This document shows, piece after piece, positions 18,060 through 27,125 of a stretch of DNA of 64,000 nucleotides. How positions within the stretch are numbered: position 1 is the stretch's first letter; every line of letters begins with the position of its first letter. Source of the DNA: Opitutaceae bacterium (GTDB lineage: Bacteria > Verrucomicrobiota > Verrucomicrobiia > Opitutales > Opitutaceae); contig JAQTYQ010000001.1 of NCBI GenBank assembly GCA_028688225.1, positions 115,664 to 179,663 of the forward strand, in the 5' to 3' direction. The notes under the pieces were generated by a model, which had not been told where the DNA came from, did not search any database, and was given only the letters and a program-made list of their open reading frames with translations. The translations under genes and the position numbers were made by a program.

Positions 18060-19862
18060 TCACCAGCGGTCTCCTTGCAGCGCGAGGCGGTTGCGGACCG
18101 GATTGATGACCGGCTTGATGTCGAGATATTGGATGAGCTGTTCGCCGATGCGCTTGAACGCCGGCGCGGCGACAATGCGTCCGTAGGCAACGCCGCCCTG
18201 AGCCTTCGGCACCGTGGCGTCGTCCACGATGACGGAGACGACCACCCGGGGGCGACTGGCCGGGAAGAAACCGACAAACGAGGCCACATGGTGCGCGGTC
18301 GAGTATTTTCCGTCGATGACCTTCTGACTGGTGCCGGTCTTGCCGGCGACCTCGAACTGGGGAATGGCGGCTTCCGGGGCGGTGCCTTCCGGTGAGGCGA
18401 CGCCCATGAGCAGGCGCGCCATCGTTTGCGCCGTCCGTTCGGTGATGACCCGCCGGTGCGCCCGCTCTCCAAAATCGAAAACGAGATTGCCATTGTCGTC
18501 CCGCACCTGCCGGAAGAGCTGGGGATGCTGCAGCAGCCCTCCGTTCGCGATGGTGGCCATTGCATAGTGAACCTGGATCGGCGTCGCCGCAATCGCCTGA
18601 CCCATCGGCATGCGGGTGATGGTCAGACCGTCCCAGTGCTTTGGCGGAGGAAGCAGGCCGTCAATTTCGCCTCCGAAGGGGAATCCCGCCTTTTCGCCAA
18701 AGCCGAAGGCGCGGATGTAGTCGTAGAACCGCTGGTCACCCAGCAGCATGGCGAGCTGGGCCGCGCCGCGGTTGCTGGAATGGCTGATGATTTCGGCAAC
18801 CGTGAGTTCGTGAAAGGCATGATCCTCCCGGGGCAGCCGCAGATGGCGGCCACGGTAATCGATCTCGGTCAGGCCGCAGTCAAAGGCGCTGTTCGGCGTG
18901 ACCAGCCCCTCGTTCAGCGCGCCGCTCGCGGCGACAATCTTGAAGGTTGAGCCGGGCTCGAACACGTCGGTCACGGCGTAATTGCGCAGGGCGTCGATCG
19001 GCGCCTTGTTGAATTCGTTGAGGTTGAAGGTCGGGTAGTTCGCGAGCCCGAGGATGAACCCGGTGCGGGCGTCGCTGACGATGATGGTGGCCTTCTGCGG
19101 CGAATATTTCTCCGCCAGCTGCTGCAATTCCTCCTCGATGATGTGCTGCACGTAGGTATCGAGCGAAAGCATCACGTCGTAGCCGTCGATCGGGGGCACC
19201 TCCCGTGTCTGAAACTGCGCCAGTTCCTGGCGGCGGCCGTCCCGCTCCGACTCGCGCCAGCCGTTCTGGCCGCGCAGGAAGAAATCCATGTAATTCTCGA
19301 CCCCGGCGGCGGGCAGGTTCTCCCGGTTGACGTAACCGATGACGTGCGCCGCCATCGAATTGTGGGGATAGAAGCGGCGGTAGATGCGGTTGCCATAGAC
19401 CCCGCGGATCTTCAGCGCCTTGACCTGATCGTAGACGGCCTCGTCGGTGCCTTCGGCCAGCTTCACCCACTGCACGGGCTTCGCCTCGCGTGCGTCCGCG
19501 TCGTCCGCCGCGTCGGGGAAGCCCCGCGCGGCCGCAGCGCGGATGTCGGCCGTGGTCAGTCCGAGGAGTCGCGCCAGGTCCGGCCAGCGGGCCTCGTCCG
19601 GCGGCCGGAGCATGTGCGGATCGAGCCCGACATCGATGAGGGTGCGGCTCGTGGCAAGGATTTCGCCGCGCGCATCACGGATGCTGCCGCGGCGGGCGTT
19701 TTCCACGACAAAAGAGCGGCGCGCCTGCTCGATGTATTTCAGCAGTTCATCGCGCTCCAGCACATGCAGCCGGATCAGGCGCACGGCGAGGCCGCCGAAG
19801 CAGAGGAAGATGCCCGCGGCGAGGAAAACGATGCGGCAGTTCGACGCGAAGCCCTTCGACAT
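18060..19862 (-). CDS. ftsI: Penicillin-binding protein 3 / FtsI-type transpeptidase
   Basis: N-terminal transmembrane helix and a PBP dimerisation region. Transpeptidase motifs STFK (EPGSTFK), SSN (SHSSN) and KTGT (AGKTGTS) are present. Confidence 0.9.
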   Translation of the reverse strand: MSKGFASNCRIVFLAAGIFLCFGGLAVRLIRLHVLERDELLKYIEQARRSFVVENARRGSIRDARGEILATSRTLIDVGLDPHMLRPPDEARWPDLARLLGLTTADIRAAAARGFPDAADDADAREAKPVQWVKLAEGTDEAVYDQVKALKIRGVYGNRIYRRFYPHNSMAAHVIGYVNRENLPAAGVENYMDFFLRGQNGWRESERDGRRQELAQFQTREVPPIDGYDVMLSLDTYVQHIIEEELQQLAEKYSPQKATIIVSDARTGFILGLANYPTFNLNEFNKAPIDALRNYAVTDVFEPGSTFKIVAASGALNEGLVTPNSAFDCGLTEIDYRGRHLRLPREDHAFHELTVAEIISHSSNRGAAQLAMLLGDQRFYDYIRAFGFGEKAGFPFGGEIDGLLPPPKHWDGLTITRMPMGQAIAATPIQVHYAMATIANGGLLQHPQLFRQVRDDNGNLVFDFGERAHRRVITERTAQTMARLLMGVASPEGTAPEAAIPQFEVAGKTGTSQKVIDGKYSTAHHVASFVGFFPASRPRVVVSVIVDDATVPKAQGGVAYGRIVAAPAFKRIGEQLIQYLDIKPVINPVRNRLALQGDRW

Positions 19863-19867
19863 GATCT

Positions 19868-20257
19868 TCAGCGCGTCCCTCCACGGCGGAATACAACCGG
19901 TTGCACCTCGGCGACGAAAAGATCCCGGCTGCGCTTGGCCGCCAGCCGCAGCTCGACATCGCCGGTGACGTGCACGATTTGCTCGGGACGCGGCGGCACG
20001 AGCCCGAGGCGCATTTCGGAATTAAGGCGGATGAGTGCGTCGGGGTTCTGCGCCGCGGCGGTCTCGGCCGTAAGCTGGTCGAGGCGCCGCTGCACCGCGT
20101 CGATGTGCGCCAGCAGACTCTTGTTGCGGTTGGCGGCGAGGGAGATTTCGTGACGCAGCCAGACGGTGCCAAAGCCGATCGATCCGGTGAAGACGAGCAT
20201 CACCAGCGTGTAGACCAGGACCTGGTTGATGAAGGCGTTGGCGGTGGACTTGTTCAT
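19868..20257 (-). CDS. ftsL: FtsL-like cell division protein (129 aa)
   Basis: Starts at the internal ATG 20257 (MNKSTANAF). It has one transmembrane helix followed by a coiled-coil-like segment and sits between rsmH and ftsI. The longer track ORF (to 20806) overlaps rsmH. Confidence 0.6.
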   Translation of the reverse strand: MNKSTANAFINQVLVYTLVMLVFTGSIGFGTVWLRHEISLAANRNKSLLAHIDAVQRRLDQLTAETAAAQNPDALIRLNSEMRLGLVPPRPEQIVHVTGDVELRLAAKRSRDLFVAEVQPVVFRRGGTR

Positions 20258-20283
20258 GCGGCCGGGTATGGCAAGGGGTCGGG

Positions 20284-21204
20284 TTAAAGTTTGCGCAGGG
20301 CCCGGAGCTTGGCGGAGCGGCTCCGGGGATTGGCCGCCAGCTCGGCTTCCCCCGGCGTGACCGGGCGGCGGGTGAGCGGCTCGGCGTGCCGGATGCGGAG
20401 TTGCTGCGGCGTGGCGTCGGCGGCGCTCTCGGGCTGGCCGCACCAACGGCGGAAGGACTGTTTGACGAGACGGTCCTCGAGGGAATGGAAGCTGATGATG
20501 CACAGCACGCCGCCGGACGTGAGGCGGGCGAAGGCGGCGGGCAGCGCCCGCTCCAAGGCGCCGAGTTCGTCGTTCACCGCAATGCGGATGCCCTGGAAAC
20601 TGCGCGTGGCCGGATGGATTTTCGCGCGGCGCCGGTCGCGGGCCGGAATGGCATCGGCGATGACGGCGGCCAGGCCGGTCGTGCGCCGGAGCGCACCCGT
20701 GCCACGCGCGGCTTCGAGCGCGCGGACGACCCGGCGCCAGTGCGTCTCCTCGCCATAATCCCGGATGGCGCGCACCAGCATCTCGGTGGTGGCGGTCTCC
20801 AGCCATTGCGCCGCCGGCACGCCGCAGCGCGGATCCAGGCGCATGTCGGCCGGAGCGTCGTGGCGGAAGGAGAAACCGCGCTCCACGTCGTCGAATTGAA
20901 AGGAGGAGACGCCGAGATCGAACAACACGCCGTCAAACCTCCCCAGCTCCAGCTCGCCCAGGCGCCCAAAGTCGCGGTCGATGAGCGCAAAGCGTCCCGC
21001 GAACTCCTCGCGCAGCAAACCGGCGCGAGGCTGCGCCGCCGGATCGCGGTCGAGGGCGACGACATGGGAGTCCGCCGCCGACTCGAGGATCGCCCGGGTG
21101 TGCCCGCCCCCGCCGAACGTGCAGTCGAGATAGCGGCCACCGGCGCGCGGCGCGAGGAACTCCAGCACCTCGTGCAGCAACACCGGTTGGTGGCCCTCGC
21201 TCAT
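20284..21204 (-). CDS. rsmH: 16S rRNA (cytosine1402-N4)-methyltransferase RsmH (MraW)
   Basis: Motifs [32 protein letters not shown] and SFHSLEDR. The ATG at 21204 ([10 protein letters not shown]) is preferred over the track start at 21264. Confidence 0.9.
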   Translation of the reverse strand: MSEGHQPVLLHEVLEFLAPRAGGRYLDCTFGGGGHTRAILESAADSHVVALDRDPAAQPRAGLLREEFAGRFALIDRDFGRLGELELGRFDGVLFDLGVSSFQFDDVERGFSFRHDAPADMRLDPRCGVPAAQWLETATTEMLVRAIRDYGEETHWRRVVRALEAARGTGALRRTTGLAAVIADAIPARDRRRAKIHPATRSFQGIRIAVNDELGALERALPAAFARLTSGGVLCIISFHSLEDRLVKQSFRRWCGQPESAADATPQQLRIRHAEPLTRRPVTPGEAELAANPRSRSAKLRALRKL

Positions 21205-21455
21205 CGCCGGCCGGAGAAAATCATTGGGCCTCGCAAGCATGGGTGGAGGCACGGCTGGCGGCATCCGCCGGATCGGACAAACTGCGGAGCAAGAGGCTCG
21301 GACGCACGCGCGGCCTGACCTGGATTTCGCCGGATGTCCGCCCGCCCGTTGCGTGAAGCATCGGCGAGTAGTAACGGCGGTGGCCCAAGGTCCAGAGGCT
21401 GAGACTGTGACTGCGAACAGCAGGGGAATTGTTCATGGGAAAAAGATGCGGCGGG

Positions 21456-21908
21456 TCAGATGCCGGCACGGCGCATGAGATCGCGGTAGGTCTGGGAATC
21501 CATGCGCTGGCCCTTGGTCTCCCAATGTTCGGGACTCCAGATCGCGAACTTGCTGAGGGAGCCGGCCAGGACCGCGTCCTTGGTAATGCCGGCATGGGTG
21601 AGAAGCTCCGGAGTCAGGCCGATGCGGCCTTGTTTGTCGAAGCGGAGGGTCTGGGCGTGGGCGAACAGCTGCGTCAGGACATCCTGGGCCTCGCTGTCGC
21701 TCAAATTCTTGGCCGCGGCCTTTTCGTAAAGGCGGTCTACTTCCGGGGGCGGCAAAACGGCGATATACCCATCGGGGTGCGGCAGGGCGACAAACTCATC
21801 TTCCTCCGTATGCGCGACGCGCCAGCCCGACGGAATCGTGAGGCGATTCTTGTCGTCCAATGAATGCCGGAAGTGGCCGGTATAACGCGGGTTGGTCTTT
21901 GAGGACAT
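21456..21908 (-). CDS. mraZ: Transcriptional regulator MraZ
   Basis: YTGHFRHSLDDKNRLTIPSGWR and a second DxxxR-type half (FDKQGRIGLTPEL). First gene of the dcw cluster. Confidence 0.92.
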   Translation of the reverse strand: MSSKTNPRYTGHFRHSLDDKNRLTIPSGWRVAHTEEDEFVALPHPDGYIAVLPPPEVDRLYEKAAAKNLSDSEAQDVLTQLFAHAQTLRFDKQGRIGLTPELLTHAGITKDAVLAGSLSKFAIWSPEHWETKGQRMDSQTYRDLMRRAGI

Positions 21909-21927
21909 GGGGAAGGGCCTGCTGTCT

Positions 21928-21972
21928 CACCCAAGATGACCCACTATTCTCCATTTTCACCCACACAGTCAA
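21928..21972 (-). promoter_or_regulatory. Putative Pmra promoter overlapped by MraZ-box-like repeats with 10-bp phasing
   Basis: The minus strand reads TTGACT-N18-AATAGT (-35 at 21972-21967, -10 at 21948-21943). TGGGTG / TGGAGA / TGGGTC / TGGGTG hexamers start every 10 bp (plus-strand CACCCA 21958-63, TCTCCA 21948-53, GACCCA 21938-43, CACCCA 21928-33). An A7 tract lies upstream. Confidence 0.5.
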
Positions 21973-22048
21973 GAAAAGTCCGCCTAAAAAAATCACTTTT
22001 AACGCAGATTCTCAGGAGGTTGCGTCGGTGTTGTAAGAAATCACGACC

Positions 22049-22107
22049 CATGCCGACGAACGGCACCACAGATTGATCGCAAAGCCCCTTGAACAAGTCA
22101 TGCCGAC
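22049..22107. repeat. Two CATGCCGAC motif copies inside the left end of the fic cassette
   Basis: Copies at 22049-22057 and 22099-22107. The second is 12/13 identical (as reverse complement CTGTCGGCATGA) to the right-side copy at 23449-23461. Confidence 0.7.
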
Positions 22108-22250
22108 AGCGCTCGATCACGAACGTGACGGCCCCCAGGGCTAAGAATCTGCGGTGGAAAGGGGCCGCGGTGAATTTCCTGCCTTAGTCACCGCATAATT
22201 GCGGCGATTAAGCCTTGCTATTCACCGCGATAATGCGGAGTATTTTGGCC

Positions 22251-23390
22251 ATGCGATACATCCACCAGTTGCCCGATTGGCCCCATTTCCAATGGAGTCA
22301 CGAAAGACTGACGCCGCCTCTCGCAGCAGCCAGGCACCGGCAAGGCTTGCTTCTGGGCGGGATGCGCACTTTGGGTTTCCACTTTCGCACCCAGGCGAAC
22401 CTCGAGAATCTCGCCGCCGAAGTAATCATGTCCAGCGCCATTGAAGGGACGGTATTCGACCCGGCGGCGGTGCGATCGTCGATCGCGCGGCGCATGGGAC
22501 TGCCGCCCGAGAAGGAGACCCTCTCCAGTCGTGAAGTGGAAGGCGCCGTGGACATGCTCCTCGATGCCACGCAGAACTACGGCCAGCCGCTCACCGAAGA
22601 CCGACTGCTCGGATGGCAGGCGGCCCTGTTTCCCGCCGGGCGCAGCGGCATTCACCGCATTGCAGTCGGGCAATGGCGCACCCCCGGAATGGACCCCATG
22701 ACCGTGGTCTCCGGCCCCACCAGTCGCGACCAAATTCGCCGCAAACACATTCACTTTGAGGCACCAACGGCAGACCGGCTGCAGCGGGAAGTCGCTGCGT
22801 TCCTGCAATGGTTTGAGGCCACGGACGGGACCGATCCCGTGGTGCGAGCCGGCATTGCCCACTTCTGGTTCGTGACCATCCATCCGTTCGAGGATGGCAA
22901 CGGGCGCGTGTCGCGCGCAATTGCCGACCTGGCTTTGGCTCGTGCGGAAGGATCCGCGCTGCGATTCTACAGCATGTCCAGCCAGATCGAGCAGGAGAAG
23001 CAGGGTTATTACCGCGTGCTGGAGACAGCGCAAAAGGGCTCGCTCGATATCACGGGCTGGCTGGAGTGGTTCATCGGCTGCTTCGATCGGGCCGTGATTG
23101 GAGCATCGGGTTCGCTCGAACGCATCATGCAGAAGGCTGCCCGTTGGGAACAGTTCAACAAGATATTCGAGCCCAATGAACGCCAACGCAAGGTTCTCAA
23201 TGCCCTGCTCGATGCGGGCGAAGAGGAAATCTCCACGTCGAAATTCGCCAGGCTGGCCGGCACATCACTCGACACGGCGTTGCGCGACATCAAGCTGATG
23301 GTTGAGGGCGGGGTATTGAAACCGGGTGCTGGCGGCGGCCGCAGCACGAAATACCTTCTGGCTCCCGCGGCACCAAGGACTTTGCCGTAA
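22251..23390 (+). CDS. fic: Fic family protein (AMPylase-type) with an N-terminal inhibitory motif and a C-terminal winged-helix-like region
   Basis: Fic motif HPFEDGNGRVSRA. N-terminal inhibitory motif SSAIEG, which fits (S/T)xxxE(G/N). The start is chosen at the ATG at 22251 (MRYIHQLPDWPHF), typical of Fic_N-type proteins. The track ORF begins at a TTG at 22215. Confidence 0.9.
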   Translation: MRYIHQLPDWPHFQWSHERLTPPLAAARHRQGLLLGGMRTLGFHFRTQANLENLAAEVIMSSAIEGTVFDPAAVRSSIARRMGLPPEKETLSSREVEGAVDMLLDATQNYGQPLTEDRLLGWQAALFPAGRSGIHRIAVGQWRTPGMDPMTVVSGPTSRDQIRRKHIHFEAPTADRLQREVAAFLQWFEATDGTDPVVRAGIAHFWFVTIHPFEDGNGRVSRAIADLALARAEGSALRFYSMSSQIEQEKQGYYRVLETAQKGSLDITGWLEWFIGCFDRAVIGASGSLERIMQKAARWEQFNKIFEPNERQRKVLNALLDAGEEEISTSKFARLAGTSLDTALRDIKLMVEGGVLKPGAGGGRSTKYLLAPAAPRTLP

Positions 23391-23394
23391 AGCC

Positions 23395-23505
23395 GTCGGC
23401 ATGAATGAACGCGAGAGCGTGAAAATCCGTCGGCATGAGTTCTTCACGCTGTCGGCATGAGTCGCTGCGCCTGACCCCTAAAATGGCCCTTCCTGCCGGC
23501 ATGAG
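23395..23505. repeat. Four direct copies of G(T/C)CGGCATGA(G/A) downstream of fic
   Basis: Motif starts at 23395, 23429, 23451 and 23495 (spacing 34, 22, 44 nt). The last copy is part of the right inverted repeat. Confidence 0.75.
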
Positions 23506-23652
23506 TTGTGATTTCTTACACCGTCCGATTCGGGCGCCACGGCACAGCAGGTGACATTACAACGAATTTGGAGGTGCTGCGGCTGCTCGCACGGATTGTG
23601 GCCGCACAATCCCACCCAGAGCTCCGGAGCATGCCCCGGCCGCGCGCGCCCT

Positions 23653-24906
23653 TCAGCCTCTCCCCTGCTCCTCCGGCGGCTGCACATGGCTGAACGCGCG
23701 CCAGATGACGAGATCATAGATACTCTTGAGACCGCCGCTGATGACAAAACACAGGCCGGCAAGCGCGGGAATTCCCATAAGCGGTCCCGCCGCAAGTGGC
23801 CCGAGCGCAGTGCCGACCTGCCGGATCGTCGTGGTGATGCCGTTGGCGGCCGAGCGCTCCGCGGCCGGCACGATGGCGTTCACATAACTCTGCCGCGTGG
23901 GCACGTCCATCTGCGCGATGAGGTGCCGCGCCAGCAGCACGCCCACGGCCGTGCCGAGCGTCGGCATGAACGGCACCAGCATCAACAGCAGGTTGGAGGG
24001 CAGATGCGTAAACACCATCGTGTTCAGGAGGCCGAACCGCTTCGCCAGCGGCACGGCCGCCAGCGCCGAGAGGCCGGACAGCAGCGTCGTGCCGAAGAAA
24101 ATCCCGCCGAGTGTGGCAAGGTCGACGCCGAATTTCCGGTGGAACCAGTAGGCGACGAAGCTTTGCACGATGAATCCGCCGCCAAACGCATCGAGCGTGA
24201 AGAGGGCGCTGAGCCGGACCACGTGGCCCTTCGCCTCGTGCAACCCGTGCCAGGCCACCGGCACGACCCCGCGGCCGGCGGCCGGATCGGGCCGGGGCGC
24301 CTCCACCTCGCGGCCCAGAAGCGTGAAGATGAAGAACACGCCGCCGCCAAACGCGGCATAGAGCCAGAGCAGCATCCGGTAGCTCTCCAGCGGGACCCAG
24401 CCGCGGTGCTGGAGAAAACCCGCGAACCCGCCGCCGGCGAGCGCACCGAAGGCGTTGGCGGTGAAGCCGAGCACATGCGACCAGGCGAAGATCCGCGTGC
24501 GATCCTCGTGGCGAATCACCTCGGTCAGGCACGCCTGCTCGATGGCGAGGAACGGGCCGAGTTCGTTGCCGCTGGGGCTGAGCACGCCGACGATTGCCGC
24601 CACCAGCAGCAGCCAGAAATTATCGAACACCGCCATGCCGGCCCCGCCAAACACCATGAGCACGGCGCCGAGCAGCAGCATGCGCCGGCGCCCGAGGCGG
24701 TCGGCGCGCGTCGTCAGGGTGAGCGAGATAGCCGCATCGCCGAGGAGCGTGAACGCCAGCAGCACCCCTACGCGCGTTTCGGGATATCCGAGCGCCCGGA
24801 GGTAAAGCACGAGCACCACGGCCAGGAAGCCGTAGGCAAAGAGGCGGAAGATCCGCGCGGCAAACAGCAGCGCAAAATCGCGGGGCGCGGAGGTAGGCAG
24901 GGGCAT
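23653..24906 (-). CDS. MFS transporter
   Basis: About 12 predicted hydrophobic helices. MFS loop motif TRADRLGRRRMLLLG. The ATG at 24906 (MPLPTS) is preferred over the track start at 24951. Confidence 0.85.
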   Translation of the reverse strand: MPLPTSAPRDFALLFAARIFRLFAYGFLAVVLVLYLRALGYPETRVGVLLAFTLLGDAAISLTLTTRADRLGRRRMLLLGAVLMVFGGAGMAVFDNFWLLLVAAIVGVLSPSGNELGPFLAIEQACLTEVIRHEDRTRIFAWSHVLGFTANAFGALAGGGFAGFLQHRGWVPLESYRMLLWLYAAFGGGVFFIFTLLGREVEAPRPDPAAGRGVVPVAWHGLHEAKGHVVRLSALFTLDAFGGGFIVQSFVAYWFHRKFGVDLATLGGIFFGTTLLSGLSALAAVPLAKRFGLLNTMVFTHLPSNLLLMLVPFMPTLGTAVGVLLARHLIAQMDVPTRQSYVNAIVPAAERSAANGITTTIRQVGTALGPLAAGPLMGIPALAGLCFVISGGLKSIYDLVIWRAFSHVQPPEEQGRG

Positions 24907-25095
24907 GGTGCGAGCGGCTTCCAAGCAACGCCCGTCCTCCTCCCGGTGCAAGCGCAGCCAGACGCTATGACAGGAATGATCCCTGATCGCGTAGCTACCA
25001 CCTGCCTCCCCTGTCCAGGCAAGGGAGGCGGAACCTTCGAGGCAGCCTCTGGCAACGAAGCGCCGTCCGGGAAAAATGAGAAAACCGGCAGCCTG

Positions 25096-25335
25096 TCAGG
25101 CCGCGGGCTTCGCCGGGGTGGCGTCGGTCTTGGGCTGATCGGCCTTCGAGGCGAGCCGCCACAGCCAGGCGCAAAGCAGGCCGGTGATGACCACGGCGAT
25201 GGCACTGACCCAGCGGTGGACGTAGCAGTCACCGACGTGAATCTGGATACGGAGGATGATCCGCAGCAACTGTCCGAGGCACATGAGACCAAAGACCACG
25301 CTGGCGACGCGCAGTCCGCAGGATGGCGAGTTCAT
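25096..25335 (-). CDS. Hypothetical small membrane protein (79 aa)
   Basis: Internal ATG at 25335 (MNSPSCGLRVASVVFGLMCLG). Two hydrophobic helices. No family recognised. Confidence 0.45.
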   Translation of the reverse strand: MNSPSCGLRVASVVFGLMCLGQLLRIILRIQIHVGDCYVHRWVSAIAVVITGLLCAWLWRLASKADQPKTDATPAKPAA

Positions 25336-25786
25336 GATGACTTTCTTTTCTGGGGTTCGCCCGCCGGGGCGGGCTTTACGGAGTACTAGACACCGGTCAG
25401 CTCCGCTTCTGGCACCATCTGCGCCGGCGTTCAATCCGATTCCCGCGTCCTGCCCGCCGGGTCCTATCCGCAGCGAGACGCAGACTCCCCTGGGTGCCGC
25501 CAAATCCGGCCTGAATCAGGAAACTGGTTTGCATCCGCGTTCGTTGCAGCCGGAATCGTCTTGGCTCGGCGAAGCATGGCGCGAAGATAACCGACCCCGG
25601 ATGACCGGCTCAGCAAATTCCGGGGTTGAGCACGAATGGCTCGCGTGACCTAATTCTCTCGCTTGACACTGCGAATTCCGCCAGACGCCGCATTTTATAC
25701 TTGTCCCCTGTTACACTTGCCAGGGCGGGCGATGCCATAAGGCAGGAAATATTGAAAGCCGACTCACCCGACCAAAAGCACTCGTA

Positions 25787-26953
25787 ATGAACAGCGAAAG
25801 CACGCTCACGAACAGAGAACCCGCAGGACGATGGGCCGCCGTTCTTCTTGCCGTTTTGACGCCCTTTGGAGCAACGATGATCGCATGCGCCCACAACGTC
25901 TCTCCGGTCAATCCGAATGCGACCCAGGCAACGCGGGACGTGGTGAACTGGCTGGCGCATCTGCCCAACCGGCTCGACAACAAGGTGACCTCCGGCTTCT
26001 TCGGCGGGTACTCCGCCTGGACGTTTTCGACCACCCAATTGGAAGCCCTGCACACCGCGACGGGGCAATATCCCGGCATTTTCGGCGCCGACTACGGCGC
26101 GGGTTGGGCGACGAATCCCGATCCGACAACCATGATCGACTACACCTGCAACGACACGCTCAAGACGTACTGGAGCAACGGCGGGCTGGTGGCGATCAGC
26201 GCCCATTACCCGAGTCCGGGTTACGCCAACGGTGGCAACCTGAAAACCCATCTGGCAAACTTCGTGGATTTGCTCAATCCGGCCACGGAAACCGGCGCCC
26301 GGTGGCGAACGTATCTCGACAAGACGGCGCGAGGCCTGGCCGACCTGAGAGATGCCGGGGTGCCGGTGCTGTGGCGACCGTTCCATGAGATGAATGGCGA
26401 CTGGTTCTGGTGGTGCGCCCAGGACATCAATACCTTCAAGAAGGTCTGGATCGACATGTACAACTACTTCACCACCACGAAGGGGCTCAACAACCTGATC
26501 TGGGTTTTCGCGCCCGATTTCGGCCCCGGGAACTGGACGAATTATTATCCGGGCGCGAGCTATGTCGATGTCGTCGGACTTGATGTTTACGATGACAATC
26601 CGGGATCGAGCGTGAACCTGGCCTCGGCCTATGATGCCATGCTGGGTCTCAACAAGACTTTCGCGTTCACCGAGATCGGGCCGGATACCCTGGGCAGCTT
26701 CGACTACATGAAATGGACCAACGCGTTCAGTCAGAAATTCCGGAAGACGGCGTTCTTCTATGCCTGGAACGACGGATGCGCGCCGCAGAGCAATGGGAAC
26801 GCCTCGCCGTTCATGAACCATCCCTGGATCGTCAACCGCGGCGAGATCAGTCTGGGGAGCCTCACCGAACCAGTGCCATCCTCTACGATCTTGAAGGAGG
26901 ATCGACCCAATCGCGGGTCGGATCGAACACCACCGGAGTCCCGTGGTCAGTGA
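25787..26953 (+). CDS. Glycoside hydrolase family 26 (beta-mannanase-like), secreted
   Basis: GH26 signature WRPFHEMNGDWFWW, a later FTEIG segment, and an N-terminal hydrophobic signal region. Confidence 0.85.
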   Translation: MNSESTLTNREPAGRWAAVLLAVLTPFGATMIACAHNVSPVNPNATQATRDVVNWLAHLPNRLDNKVTSGFFGGYSAWTFSTTQLEALHTATGQYPGIFGADYGAGWATNPDPTTMIDYTCNDTLKTYWSNGGLVAISAHYPSPGYANGGNLKTHLANFVDLLNPATETGARWRTYLDKTARGLADLRDAGVPVLWRPFHEMNGDWFWWCAQDINTFKKVWIDMYNYFTTTKGLNNLIWVFAPDFGPGNWTNYYPGASYVDVVGLDVYDDNPGSSVNLASAYDAMLGLNKTFAFTEIGPDTLGSFDYMKWTNAFSQKFRKTAFFYAWNDGCAPQSNGNASPFMNHPWIVNRGEISLGSLTEPVPSSTILKEDRPNRGSDRTPPESRGQ

Positions 26954-27125
26954 CTGATTGGTGGGGCAGCAGCGGCTACACGCTGAAAGCGGACGTCAAT
27001 CTTTCGGCTGGCGACAAAATCTATTGGCTGAGCTGAACCGCCACGACCAGCTTGCCCGGTTGACGCAACTGAAGGCGCGCCAAGCATGCGGCATGGGAAG
27101 GATGCGGGCAGCGGCCTGACGGCCT

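Larger units (their letters stand above)
22032..23520. mobile_element. Possible non-autonomous cassette: fic gene bounded by 26-bp imperfect terminal inverted repeats (TGTAAG...CTTACA)
   Basis: Left end 22032-22057 is TGTAAGAAATCACGACCCATGCCGAC. The reverse complement of the right end 23495-23520 is TGTAAGAAATCACAACTCATGCCGGC, giving 23/26 identity. The ends are TG...CA. No transposase lies inside and I found no target-site duplication. Confidence 0.35.

Noticed and set aside
19868-20806. Full 312-aa version of the ORF downstream of rsmH
   Set aside because: The N-terminal 183 residues overlap rsmH in another frame and are Arg/Pro-rich. Only the C-terminal 129 aa from the ATG at 20257 look like a real (FtsL-like) protein.
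21221-21595. 124-aa ORF filling the mraZ-rsmH spacer
   Set aside because: It overlaps mraZ in another frame, has an Arg/Ser/Pro-rich composition, and shows no start context. The 250-nt spacer is more likely non-coding.
22021-23531. Target-site duplication flanking the fic cassette
   Set aside because: The flanks (…GTCGGTGT on the left, CCGTCCGA… on the right) share no 3-9-bp direct repeat. This weakens, but does not exclude, the recent-transposition interpretation.
23551-25389. 612-aa plus-strand ORF
   Set aside because: It is antisense to the MFS transporter, has no hydrophobic pattern or motifs, and is extremely Arg/Glu/His-rich.
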